A stretch of DNA of 62,974 nt, filler included, from Globobulimina sp. (lineage: Eukaryota), in assembly GCA_003354225.1 (NCBI GenBank). It is 26 parts of 26 records of this genome, joined end to end, with 100 filler letters (N's around TTAATTAATTAA, not from the genome) between each part and the next. Parts side by side here need not be neighbours in the genome. Positions count along the whole stretch, not along the records: positions 36,403 to 38,727 come from PIVH01007371.1; positions 38,828 to 41,152 come from PIVH01007372.1; positions 41,253 to 43,577 come from PIVH01007373.1; positions 43,678 to 46,002 come from PIVH01007374.1; positions 46,103 to 48,427 come from PIVH01007375.1; 21 more parts are not named here. The stretch is one strand, 5' to 3'. Every line of letters starts with the position of its first letter. The stretch's first letter is position 1. Positions 36,403 through 48,527 of the stretch are shown here, piece after piece. The notes under the pieces were generated by a model, which saw only the letters and a list, made by a program, of their open reading frames with translations, did no database searches and was not told the origin of the DNA. The position numbers and the translations under genes were made by a program.

Positions 36403-38727
36403 TAAATGTTCCAATGTTTGTATTGTATCTTGATCGCATAAATCACATTGTCTTAAATTCAATGTATTTGCAATGTGTTGATTTAATTTCCTTTTCAGTA
36501 AACGTCTTATTTTGGCAATTGACAAAATACATTTTGTAATATGTAAACTTGATTCATTCATATTAATTAATGATTGTTGTTGCTTTTCTTGTTGGTCGAC
36601 GTCAGTTTCTTCACTTTCTTCATCATTGGCTGCCAAACCTAACACTTTTGCTAATTGAATAATTGATATTTTGGAATATTTTTTAACATTTTTTGTAGAA
36701 ACAATGGAATGAATATGATTTCCAATAAAATTTGTATTGTGTTTGAGAAATTGTTGACGGAAATTATCAGTGATGATTTGTGGTGTTTTAATTTTGCGAT
36801 ATTGACTTAAATATTTATTTTTTTCTAAAGTATTTAATTGTAATGGAGTCACATAATTTAAATCCGTTCTTGCTTTAATTTTATCCATTTTTGGAGGATA
36901 ATGATATTTTAATACATAAATCTCAAATAAATTTGCTAAAAAGAATGATATTTTTTTGAATATAAAACATAAAAATAATACAAATAGAAATATTGGAAAA
37001 AATAGAATATCATTAAATGGCGAATAATTATGGCGAACAAATGATTGCATGGATACTAAGCCAAATAATAAACCACAGCTTGAAAATAATAACAAAACAT
37101 AAAATTGAGAGGAAAAACAGAAATCGTGAGTTGTTTTTTGATGCGGTGGAATAAATAAATCCGAATATGGATTATTTCCAATCCATCTCACACTTCTATA
37201 AATGTATCGATATTGGCAATATTCTAAATATGTAAATATATTATATCCATACATTAAACCTTGAATATTTAATATAATTATGGATGATAAGATGGTCGGT
37301 ATAATAATAACAATTGTAAATAATCCGTAAAATACCATTTCACGCGCTTTTATGTTAAAGGCCGCCGCCATACCAGTTTCCTCACGAAATAATATTAAAA
37401 CCAATACAAATAATATGCAAAGTGTGGCGGTAATGAAGGTTTGAACATGCGACGATATGATAGTCACAATATCTTTTGGTTTTTTATCGAGTAAATTGAT
37501 TATTGGCTCAGCATATAACCGCTCCAATATTAAGAAAAAGATATCAATAAAATGTCCAATCACAAATGTTATAAAATCTGGTGCAGATAATGTGGCAGCA
37601 AATATTGCGCATTCTAATGCCAAACTAAATGGTGAGATTAATAAATCCTCTTTTAATGATTTTGCAAATATCTCATTTAGTATTATTTGACATATTTTTA
37701 TTGCAACAAATATTGCATAAAAAGATTCTTCAAATATAATATTTAATGATAACTCAACAATCACTGCACTTAATATCATTGTAATTATTGCATGAAATGA
37801 CCAATAAATGCGTTGCTGTTTATTTTTTGTGATATGGATGGAAGAATGATATAAAATAAAGCAACAAATGGACATAAATGATATTGGAACAAAATTGTGC
37901 GTCAAATGAGCTCCAAAATAGCTTGTCATTGTTTTCATTAATAATAATAATAAAACGATTGGTGGCATTACAAGAAATATTGAAATCATCAATGGATTAA
38001 AAAATTTAAACCACAACGCAATAATTTGTATTTTAATAATGTATCTTCTTGATATATAATGCAGAATTAATAAAATAAAATGGATAAATGTTTGAATTAA
38101 ACCAACTAATACAAATAAAACAAAATACGTATTTATATTATATGCGAAATTATTAATTAAATCAAAATATGACATTGGTTTCCAATTTATATTCAAACGA
38201 TAATCACTTCCATCATAATATGAACTAAAATTAGTCAAATAAATGGTGGCCGATATTATCCGTTTTTGGTCTTTATTTATTTGATTATACAAGAAATCAA
38301 ATATAATATCTCTGGGTATATCGGTATGCAAATTCCAAATTCCTCTCTGATCATCGCGATAAACATAAACTGGTAATTTTTCATCTTCATCATATTCATT
38401 TAATATATGATAAAAATCATTATAATTTGTCAAGAATAGCGGGGTTGCTGTAATATAAAATAATGTTGAAATGGACGTATAAGAAAACCATATTTTTTTA
38501 TTTGTACCAAATGATAAATCTTCTTCATACTCACATTGTAAATGATAATGACAAGAATCTGATTTCGGTGTTGTAAAAACTTCCAAATTACTAATTGGCA
38601 CAGTTTCATCCGCATCAATCAATGAACAAAACTTATCCGTTTCTAATAAATCATTATAATATATATAAGAACCAAAATGTTCGCAATTTGTAAAAAATGG
38701 TAAATATGATAATAACCAATAACGTGA
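36403..38727 (-). CDS. Large polytopic membrane protein of unknown function (internal fragment)
   Basis: Frame open across the whole contig, with more than 10 hydrophobic segments. Starts with YLPFFTNC. Confidence 0.8.
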
Positions 38728-39684
38728 NNNNNNNNNNNNNNNNNNNNNNNNNNNNNNNNNNNNNNNNNNNNTTAATTAATTAANNNNNNNNNNNNNNNNN
38801 NNNNNNNNNNNNNNNNNNNNNNNNNNNAGAGTTTGATTCAATTTCTATGCTTTCCATTGACTCGATCTAAAAGAGGTGCTTACTTCGTTATTCGTTAAGA
38901 AAACTTCAAAAAAAAAAACCCACCTCAAAACTTAAACCTTTTCTACTCTAAACTTCTCAACCATTACTCCACCTTTCTCGCAACTCATTAAACTGTGGTT
39001 TTCAATAATAATTTAAATTAATAAATTGCTGTATTTTATCGAGTCGCAGCTTCCATTGCATTGAAACAACAAAATCCTTGTGATTTTTTTAGGCGCATCA
39101 ATTATTGAATCGAATCAAATTGTATATTAGTTAAGAAATTGAATTATATATTTAATTTGTATAAATGTGATGTGGTGCATTATTAAAAAAAACAGGAAAT
39201 TAATTAGCTGCATTGGTAAACCCTTCTTCTCCGCGCATAGAGATGATAGCAAAGCAAGATTGAACATAATAAGTGATGTATGATTAATATAATCATATAT
39301 TGCGTTATGCAAAAGTGAGCTGCCCATGCTATGTGGTGCTATGCTATGCAGTCTGTACTCTCTACTCTGTGTGGTATGCTTTACCATTAAAATGGGATAT
39401 GGACAGATGCTTTGTTCTATGTTCATAAATTACATTTTTTTTATAATAATCCAAAACTATCCTCTTTTAATTTACAATGTATCTGTGTTTTAATTTCTTT
39501 TTAATATATTTATATTTGATATATTTTGTTGTCAATGTGTTTGTAATTTAATCATATTAATTTAGTTTTAAGTTTTAGCTCATTTTTTGCTTCAAGTTGC
39601 GAAATAAATATTATATTTATTGTGGATCCTTGCACATTGTATACTGTCACAAACAAAAACATTTGCTTCGTAGCAGAAACAGTA

Positions 39685-41152
39685 CTTTTGTGTTTGTCTA
39701 ATGTCTATCAAAAAGCAATTGATTTCGAGCAAATTATTTTATGCTGATAACAATTCCAATGTATTTTTTGACATTTCTTTGAACAGTAATATGTCAATCG
39801 GCAATTTGAACATTTTTTAAATCTTTGTCCAGGAACATTACACATTGCACAATGCATTGGCCATGGAATCCGAATCCGATCTAATTTATGACCTAAAAAC
39901 CCTATCCATCTCCAAATAAACTTAGCATTGCTGACATATCCTTTATTTAACATTGATTTCTTAAGTTTTGAAGATTTCGACATTCTTTGATATGGCATAA
40001 AATCTCGAAACTCATTTCTAATTTTCTTCAATGAACGTAATAATTGTATTCGGTGTTTTTTTTTCAATTTTTCATGATAAACACAAAAATGATTATATAT
40101 CATCCAAATTATTGTCATCATCCTATAGATTAATGACTGCTGCGTTACCTCATATTTCTTCATTTTCTTTACAATTAATTTAATGTGAGGCAATTGGCAA
40201 TAACTTTTAATAAATTTATTTAATATAAAAACAATCGGATTTAAACATAAATTGTCAATGAATAAAGATTTAATGTGATACAATTTCAAATGAGGCAATA
40301 ATTTGATTATTATCCCAGACAATGAACACAGTGAATGTTCGATACCATGGCAATTATTAATATCCCAACAAGCAATCCTTACAAACAGCGACATGTCAGG
40401 CCCAGAATTGACATATTGGCCACCATTTTCCTTCATTTTCAATAATGAATAATAGTTATTGTTAAATATAACTTGCTGTAAATTGGTGTCATTTAAATAT
40501 GTCACGAAAAATAAATTAAATATAATTGTTAAACGATGAACATTTGATTTTGATAATAAATACCTGACAAAAGATGGATTTGAAGCAATCAAAATTTTGG
40601 TGTTATTAAACTCCGATCTCCAAAATTTGCGTTTTGGATCGTAAAAATTATTAATTCGATGTTTTATGTTTACAAAAATATTCCTTAATCCTTCTGTTTT
40701 TATGATAAATTTCTGGGAACAATTAATACAAATTCCATCTTTAATATGACAGCTATTTAATACATTTTTGTCTCTCTCCTCATTGTTGGCATATTTTATT
40801 AATTCATTCAAGAAATGGTCCTCACTTTCAAACCAATTGAGATTATGCGGACATTTATTCATTTCACACGACTTGGAAGTGTGATATGGATGATGGCCTA
40901 ATAAATTATCAAACTGTCTATGGATTGGGTTTTGATCACACGATTGTTGACAATATTGCTTCCATGTTTTGATCGTTCTCATTCTTTTTAACCTTGAAAT
41001 GCACCCATCAGGATTGTCACAAGTACAACCTTTGTATCCGGACACATTGCAGCCTATTATGATTGATTCCATTAAAGTTACAAAAAACTTGAGGATTGTC
41101 TCCAAGATTTCCCTCTAAACGTTTTTTGATAGACATTAGACAAACACAAAAG
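39685..41152. repeat. 30-bp perfect inverted repeat pair (39685-39714 and 41123-41152)
   Basis: CTTTTGTGTTTGTCTAATGTCTATCAAAAA and its reverse complement at the contig end. Confidence 0.92.
39708..41110 (-). CDS. MYND zinc-finger protein (5' truncated)
   Basis: C-terminal CAMC...KKCSNCRLTYYCSKKCQKIHW...HKIIC. Confidence 0.88.
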
Positions 41153-41252
41153 NNNNNNNNNNNNNNNNNNNNNNNNNNNNNNNNNNNNNNNNNNNNTTAA
41201 TTAATTAANNNNNNNNNNNNNNNNNNNNNNNNNNNNNNNNNNNNNNNNNNNN

Positions 41253-43077
41253 ATATTTCAATACAAAAACAAAAGCAATCAGCAGCAGCAGCACTAATTT
41301 GACCGCAATGCAAATGAAAATGGAAGAAAGTATGAAAAAATTGACATTGAAACCAGATTATGCCACTTCTAAAACGACATTACTATCAACACCGAAATTA
41401 AACAGTCGATTGTTATCAGGCACAGATATGTCGAGTTTATTAGATCACGCCGATACTTATGATCCGCCACAGCCATCGCTGCATAATAGCTCTCCCACTG
41501 TGATATCGGCCGCATCGCAACGCACAAATTCCAATACAACACACATAAAACCGAACCAATACAAAATGCAACCAATGTTACAAAGTGTTGTGGAGGAAGT
41601 ATCGGTATCGGAACAATTGAGCTTAGAACAAGATATTATCCATAATACAAACACTAAAAACAGCAAAAATAAAAACATTCGCTACACAAAAAAACGCAAA
41701 ATATCAAATTTAAAACTGGCGAATGCCAATGTCAATGCGAGCGAATATCATCATTACCAACTGAGACAGGAGGAATTTGATAAGATTATAAATAAAAATA
41801 ATAAAAAGCAAAGCAAACACAATCGAAATTCATTGGGTGTCAATGTAAATATTAATATAAATAATAATAATAACAACAACTCCAATATGCCCAAAACCAA
41901 AACCAAAACGAAAAAGAAAAATGTCCGAAAGAAGCCCAGCATTATAAAACTAAAAAAACGCACTCCAGACTACAGAAATCGAAATATAAAGAAAAGTGTC
42001 AGAGGCAATGACAAGTCGCAGTCGTCATCGCTGGTCATCACCGCCAAGAAACATAAAATAAATAAAAGGAGCAATGTGGATATACGAAGACCGCACACCT
42101 CGCGAGAGCCAACTGTTGCAAATACAAAAAATACAAATCAAAATATCATCTCACGAGGCAGCGGTAACGGTGCCGGTGCCGAGAAACGTATACTTCGCTA
42201 TCGATTAGGTGGCGGTGATGAGACACCGTCACGGACACAGTCGCAGTCACAGTCACAGAGTCAGAGCCAGAGCCAGACCCAAAGTGAGTTTTCAAGCATC
42301 ACCATTACATCCTCGATATCCACCACTACAATGTCCACACAATCGGGTGATACCATTGACAAACTATTTGATAGACAGAGACAGAAACTGTTTCCTACGC
42401 AGACACGCAATAATTTGGTGTATGGTAATAATGCAAATGATATACAGAGGTCGTCGAGTATTAATTATCCGAACGTGTACCGACCTGTACGTAGGAGGCC
42501 GGTGCGGATAATCAGAAGAAGTGTGCATAGCGTCGGCAGTCAGCATAATGGATATAATAATATGGTGCGGGCAACATCGGCAATGAACTGCAATGATATC
42601 GATCATGTTCGCGTGCAACAGCAACAGCAACAGCAGAAATACGGACTTTTTGATGATGATAGTTATGGCAGCAATTTTAATAAGAAACATAAACATAAAG
42701 CTAAGCATCGACAGGTTGGATACCGATGTGACTCTAAACATGTTCATAAACATAAAGCCAAACACGTACATAAACGGAATGATTTATTATCAGAGAGAGA
42801 TAAATTGTTTTTAGATTCGCGATATAAGCCAATAAATGCAAAGGCAAAGGCTAAGAAGAAGGGGTTTGATGGACATGTCGGAGTATCGGATTTGGCCAAG
42901 AACTGTGATAAGAATATTTTGAAGAGATTGAGTGTGCGGCATAACCATAACCATCAACTTTGTAAGAAAGAGGTGCACGATGCGTATGAACGAGGGTTTC
43001 TTGCCGGATATTTTTTGGGTGTTAATATTATGCAGCAACAACAGAAAGATCACGACAATAAATCGCTTACAAAATAA
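41253..43077 (+). CDS. Low-complexity N/K/S/Q/H-rich disordered protein, 3' part
   Basis: Open frame of about 600 codons with poly-N, (SQ)n, poly-Q and HKHK tracts. Confidence 0.75.
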
Positions 43078-43775
43078 TATAAGTATTTTGTATATAGACT
43101 TTTTGTTTTTGTTTTTGTTTTTTTGTGTTGCATTAATATTTTTAGATTGTATTTTTTGTGTTGTACGGCCGTGTCATCTCAAGTGTTAATTAATAATTTG
43201 ATATATTGTGAGTGAATTATTTTTTTTTGCTTTCTTTGAATTGTGTTTGTGTATTTTTGCTTATTTTTTCCACATTTTATTTTTCTTTCCCTATTTTTTT
43301 AATTTTCATCATTTTTTATAAAATTTATATTTTCAAATTTGAGGCTCAGTTCTCAGTAATCTCAGTTCTCATCATACTTTCAAGAAAACCGGAAAAATAC
43401 ACAAAAATGGTTTATATATTTTTTTAAGAGTTTTGATGGAGGCTTTTGCCAAGCCGCGCATCAGCGTTTTATTAAAGGATAGTGAGTCAATACAAGCAAG
43501 TAATAACTGGAATGAGGCAAACACTTATTGCAATTGCAAAACATTAACATATCAAGAAAAAGGAGAATTAATATTCCNNNNNNNNNNNNNNNNNNNNNNN
43601 NNNNNNNNNNNNNNNNNNNNNTTAATTAATTAANNNNNNNNNNNNNNNNNNNNNNNNNNNNNNNNNNNNNNNNNNNNCGTCTAAATCCGATGCAGCTTTT
43701 TTTGTTGGGTTCAGCATACTGCCAAGCTTAACAGCATGAAAATCTTAGCAGTAATTGAAAATCTATACTTTTAGC

Positions 43776-46002
43776 ATGGCAGCGTCAAGCGGTGATCACA
43801 GCAAACTGGATCTGTTTTATTCACGCTCCCAATGCTACATTTCAACATTCTTCATTATTTCGCCACGTGGCTCTACCATATTAACCAAAGACTTACGCGG
43901 CGATTTGCCATATCGAAATTGTGTAGAAATCTTCTGGCAAAATATAAAAAGAGAAGAGCAACAATTTGAAACCTCCTCTTTGATCAAATCGCGTGATATA
44001 AACCAAAACGGTAACTACGAACCTTCCTCTTTTTTCAACATAGATAACATCACTTACATTTATCACAAAAACATCCACAATATCTATTATTTAATGATCA
44101 CAAAATGTAACATCTCCCCTTCATTCGCTATTGAGTCCCTCCACAAATTGATCCAATCCTTTTGCGATTACTGTGGCCGCCGATCAATGACAGGTAAATC
44201 CACACAAATATACACCGCCATATACTGCAAAAACAGCACACAAAATATACACAACCGTCCTCGCAAAATCGCACTACAAATACACCTAACAAACAGAGCA
44301 AGCGATCCGTGACAATTTTATCTTGCTATACGAGTTAGTGGATGAATATTACGACAACGGCTACATTCAAATCCCTTCGGTCAACGACCTCTTGAATTTG
44401 AACGTGATTTACAACCAGCCGACGTTGGACAATCTGAGCGAAATTTGGAACTTGTTGTTGACGGCAGACTTAATCGCGTCCCACACCGAAGGCAATCGAC
44501 ACCGATCGCACAATACGGCCATCTCTTCATTCGCGCCGCCACCGCATCCCACGTCGACCATCATCGAGTCGCCAGACAAGAACCAGATCTTCGTCGACAT
44601 CGTGGAATATATCAACGTGACGTCGCAGTCCTTCTATTACCGCCGCAACCATCTCTCCTGCGACCATAACAGCAATCCCTTGCAATTCAACCAAACGCCC
44701 ATCGTACAGACCAGCTCCATCCACGGCAGCATTACGATGAAGGTCTTCCTCTCCAACATCAGCGCCATCATAGCACCGCCAAAGAAGAAGAAGAAGAGGC
44801 GGCGGAAGCGCAAGAAATTGAAATTTGGCAAAAAAAACAGGGAGGAGAAGGAAAAAGAAAAAGAGGAGCAATCTGTGTCGCAATCGCCGCCGCCGACGTT
44901 GCAGCAAAATGCCATGGAGTATTTATGCAGTTTGGCGCCCGGAATCCGTCTGCAATTCAACGACGATTTGATCATCGGGCGGGAGAACGCGCCGCCATAC
45001 AACAAGATATTCGGTGCGCTCATCCTCGACGACGTGTCCTTCCATAAAAAAATCTTGTCGTCGCAGTGCCAAATCGAAGAAATCATCCACGAAAAGGAAA
45101 AGTTTGTAGGTACCGGCCAAAAGAACGAGATCAACGCCAAGAAGAATGTGAATATCTCCTTTATGGACAACTTCGCCAAGAAGAAGATCCTGAAATTCTT
45201 CCTGCCGAATGGCGAGGAATTCGATATTATGAGTTACCGCATCACCTCGTCCTTCCGCGATGGCTCCAGAAGCCGGCCGTCGTCGCGGCGCAATTCGCCC
45301 AAATCCGACGAGAAGAAACGAACGTTTTCCTACAATTTGAATAATTTGAAGAATGGCTATAATTCGCATATGAATGGACAGCCCGACGAGAATTATACGG
45401 ATTATCTCCGCATTCCTTTCCGCATCTTGCCGTATTTCAACGTGATTCATGAGAACCAATATCAAAAAGTGCCGACCATCGAGTTTTTGCTCAAAATCCG
45501 CGCCGATTTCCCGCGACAATGCATCGGCAGAGACATCATCGTCGAGTATAATGTGCCGAATTGTGTGTCGACGGTGTCGTTGCAGACCAAGACCGGCAAC
45601 AAAACGCAACAAACGCAGCAAAATAATCTCAAGCAAAGCGGGAATGGCGCAAAAAGCGAGAAAAATGGGAGTAAAAAATCAAAATCGAAGAGCAAAGAAT
45701 GGAAATTGAGTGAGAAGGAATTGTCGTTAATTAAGCAAAGCGCGGAGTGTATCACCATGGTCAAAAGCGCCAATACGTTTTCTTCGGCTTTCAACATCGA
45801 TTTGACCTCAAAATATTCGTTAAATGTGCAGCAGGAAAACGAGAGCAACACAAATATTAATATCAATAAAGAAAGACAGTTAAATCCGGCGCGGCCGTCT
45901 CGAAAAGTGATATGGCGAATAAAAAAATTCCCCGCCGGAGTCGAACAGGTTTTAAAGTGTAAATTTACCGTAAATTATAATAATGAAATGACGGAGACAT
46001 TG
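43776..46002 (+). CDS. Adaptor complex mu subunit (AP-4 mu-like) with large insertions, 3' truncated
   Basis: ISTFFIISPRG, IRDNFILLYELVDEYYDNGYIQ, KNQIFVDIVE, LDDVSFH, PNGEEFDIMSYR, PFRI, VIWRIKKF. Intron 44194-44296. Confidence 0.88.
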
Positions 46003-46180
46003 NNNNNNNNNNNNNNNNNNNNNNNNNNNNNNNNNNNNNNNNNNNNTTAATTAATTAANNNNNNNNNNNNNNNNNNNNNNNNNNNNNNNNNNNNNNNNNN
46101 NNAAAGAAACAGCAAATTGTGGGACGTCTTGAGAAAATGAAGAAAAAAAGAATACTTATTGTCTATTTTATATTTATTGT

Positions 46181-48079
46181 CTATTTAAACCAACTCATTA
46201 ATCCCGCTTTCTTGGCAACATATGTTTTCCCACAATTTATACACAAATCAAAGCCACGCTCATGCACTTTCACATATTTCTTGCTACAATGCCAAACTGC
46301 ACCTTCCACCACAGCCGAACACACATTGCATGACACCCGCATCGTATTTGGATACGCATTGAAACTCATCACCGCATCCAATTTACTCCCACAATCACAC
46401 GATGGCCGGCTAAGATTTTGCGTCTGTTGTCTCGCCGCACCGCACGCTAAACACAAATCATATCCATCCATATGTTTGCTACACCTTTTCGAGGGACAAT
46501 GATAACACTCAATGCCACTTAGCACGTTATTCCCACACACATTGCAGATCACATTTATTTGTTTATCCTGAGGGTTATACGGATTGTTATTAATTTTGAC
46601 CATTCCTTTCCCGCAAACACAGCCAACCGCATAATTCGCGCGAATATTATCCTTTTTGTCATCATTATTCATGGTAACATGCTGTATCCCGCTCCGTTGT
46701 CGTCGCATTTGTGCCGCTAATGACTTGAACTCCCATTCCAAATCAAATTCCCTCTCCGTATATCCGCGTACTTTGATCCTCGAATTCTCCACATTCCCCT
46801 TAATGTGCCACAGCCCGTCACAAAATAAGCCACGTTTTTTATCCTTATTCTTGGGTTTCCCTCCAACTATAATTTGCACTTTTTTTTCATCCTCACTCTC
46901 CGCCATACTTTCTACACTTTTCTCCTCCGCTTTATCGGATAAGTTATGCATTAACATCTGTTCCAATTGCAATATATGTTCGGCTTCGACATGTTTGGCA
47001 GTGGCGGTGGGATAAATTCCCATTCGTAGGGCCACAATCTCGCGCTCAAAGCCTTTCTTATCCAATACCCAGCCACGCAATACATTGTCATAACGGATTA
47101 AGTACGTTTTACGGTTCCTATTGCTCCAAACGGGTCGACCATAATAGCCCTTATTTTCCCGTACGTACATCCCACTGATCTCTGGATATAAGCCCGTTGT
47201 GTTGGACACTGATAATAATTCAGTCGACTGCGCCTATTATGTTAGATTATATATTTTAGAATTTATATATACGCAAAATCGCTATACAATTATTTGCGTG
47301 GTACGTACCAGTCTCTCCAAATAAAGCACTTTGAGCTCCAAATGCGTCACTTGCTGTTGGGACAAATGTGATTTTAAAGCGGTGTATTTTGGTTGGATCA
47401 AACAGCCATAACAACGGTATAAACAATCAATTTTTCGATTGGTGCATTGATTCTCAGTGTGATTAGTTAACAAATGTTGTTTTATTTGCAGGCCACAGTC
47501 ATTTGGACATAATATTAATAGATTGGGACAGATTTTATCTGTATGGCTTTGTATATCTTTGCGTGCGATTTGTTGTGAACATAAATTACATTCAATTAAA
47601 TATTCGGCGCATTGTGCAAAATGCTGTTCTTGTGCACCTCGCAAATATTGTTCGATACTGCAATATTTACATAATAAGCTGACAAATTGACATTGTTTTT
47701 GTAAGTGTTTTTTAAAATAATTTAATTCGCCTTTCCAGTCACAGCCAATGTTATAATTGGCACATTTTACACGTAATTTAAGGACTTGTCGTTCCACGAA
47801 TTTGCTGCGGGAGGTTTCACTGATTGGTGAACGACAGGATGGACAAAGCGATGGTTCTTTGTTTTGCGTATTTTTGAGATTTATATCAGACATACTTTTC
47901 AAATTCAATACTTTTTGTAGACATCCTCTGCAATATAAATGTCCGCATGGCTCTGTTTCAATGGGGTCTTTACAAATACACGTACAAATTGGGCATTTAA
48001 ATTCTGCCGCTTTCTCCGGGTTTTCAAATAAATCTGAATCGTAACCATCGTCACTTTCCTCCTCATTAGCATCATTCAT
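46181..48079 (-). CDS. RING + TRAF zinc-finger E3 ligase-like protein with two ZZ-like fingers; one intron joins two track ORFs
   Basis: RING CPIC...CGHLYCRGC...CPSC, followed by TRAF fingers. 54-nt intron 47287-47234 is in frame. C-terminal CNVC...HC...H..G(Y/F)DLC..C occurs twice. Confidence 0.88.
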
Positions 48080-48125
48080 TGTTATGTTTCAATTTTAAAG
48101 AGGACTAACACACTTCAAGAAAATC

Positions 48126-48427
48126 TTAATTAATGAGACGAAAAAAATGCAAGTCAGCTTTGGCGATCAACTTTGAAAAGTCAAATAAAGCAACATCCAG
48201 CATATTGTATTGAATTAATAACTCGAGCTCCTCTGTTTTGTTAAAATAATCGAGTAAATTGGATGTGGTTATTCCAGCAAATTTGCGTTGCGATCGGTTA
48301 TGTGGCCATGGATTTGTATGAGCAATTTGAGCACATTCACTTTCTGTTATATTCAAAATATGTCTCAAAATGTGCCTTGTTGAATGTCTCCAAATATCAC
48401 TGTCTGTCGACATATTCTCACTGACAT
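48126..48427 (-). CDS. Hypothetical short protein or 3' fragment
   Basis: 95-aa ORF ending 46 bp before the RING-TRAF start codon. No motif recognised. Confidence 0.4.
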
Positions 48428-48527
48428 NNNNNNNNNNNNNNNNNNNNNNNNNNNNNNNNNNNNNNNNNNNNTTAATTAATTAANNNNNNNNNNNNNNNNN
48501 NNNNNNNNNNNNNNNNNNNNNNNNNNN

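Noticed and set aside
38828-39680. Non-coding stretch and 99-aa ORF 39127-39426 as an ncRNA or gene
   Set aside because: No RNA structure or protein motif was recognised in this AT-rich sequence.
44409-45866. Long antisense and alternative-frame ORFs over the mu-adaptin gene
   Set aside because: Expected from a GC-richer, codon-biased exon, and they have no recognisable motifs.
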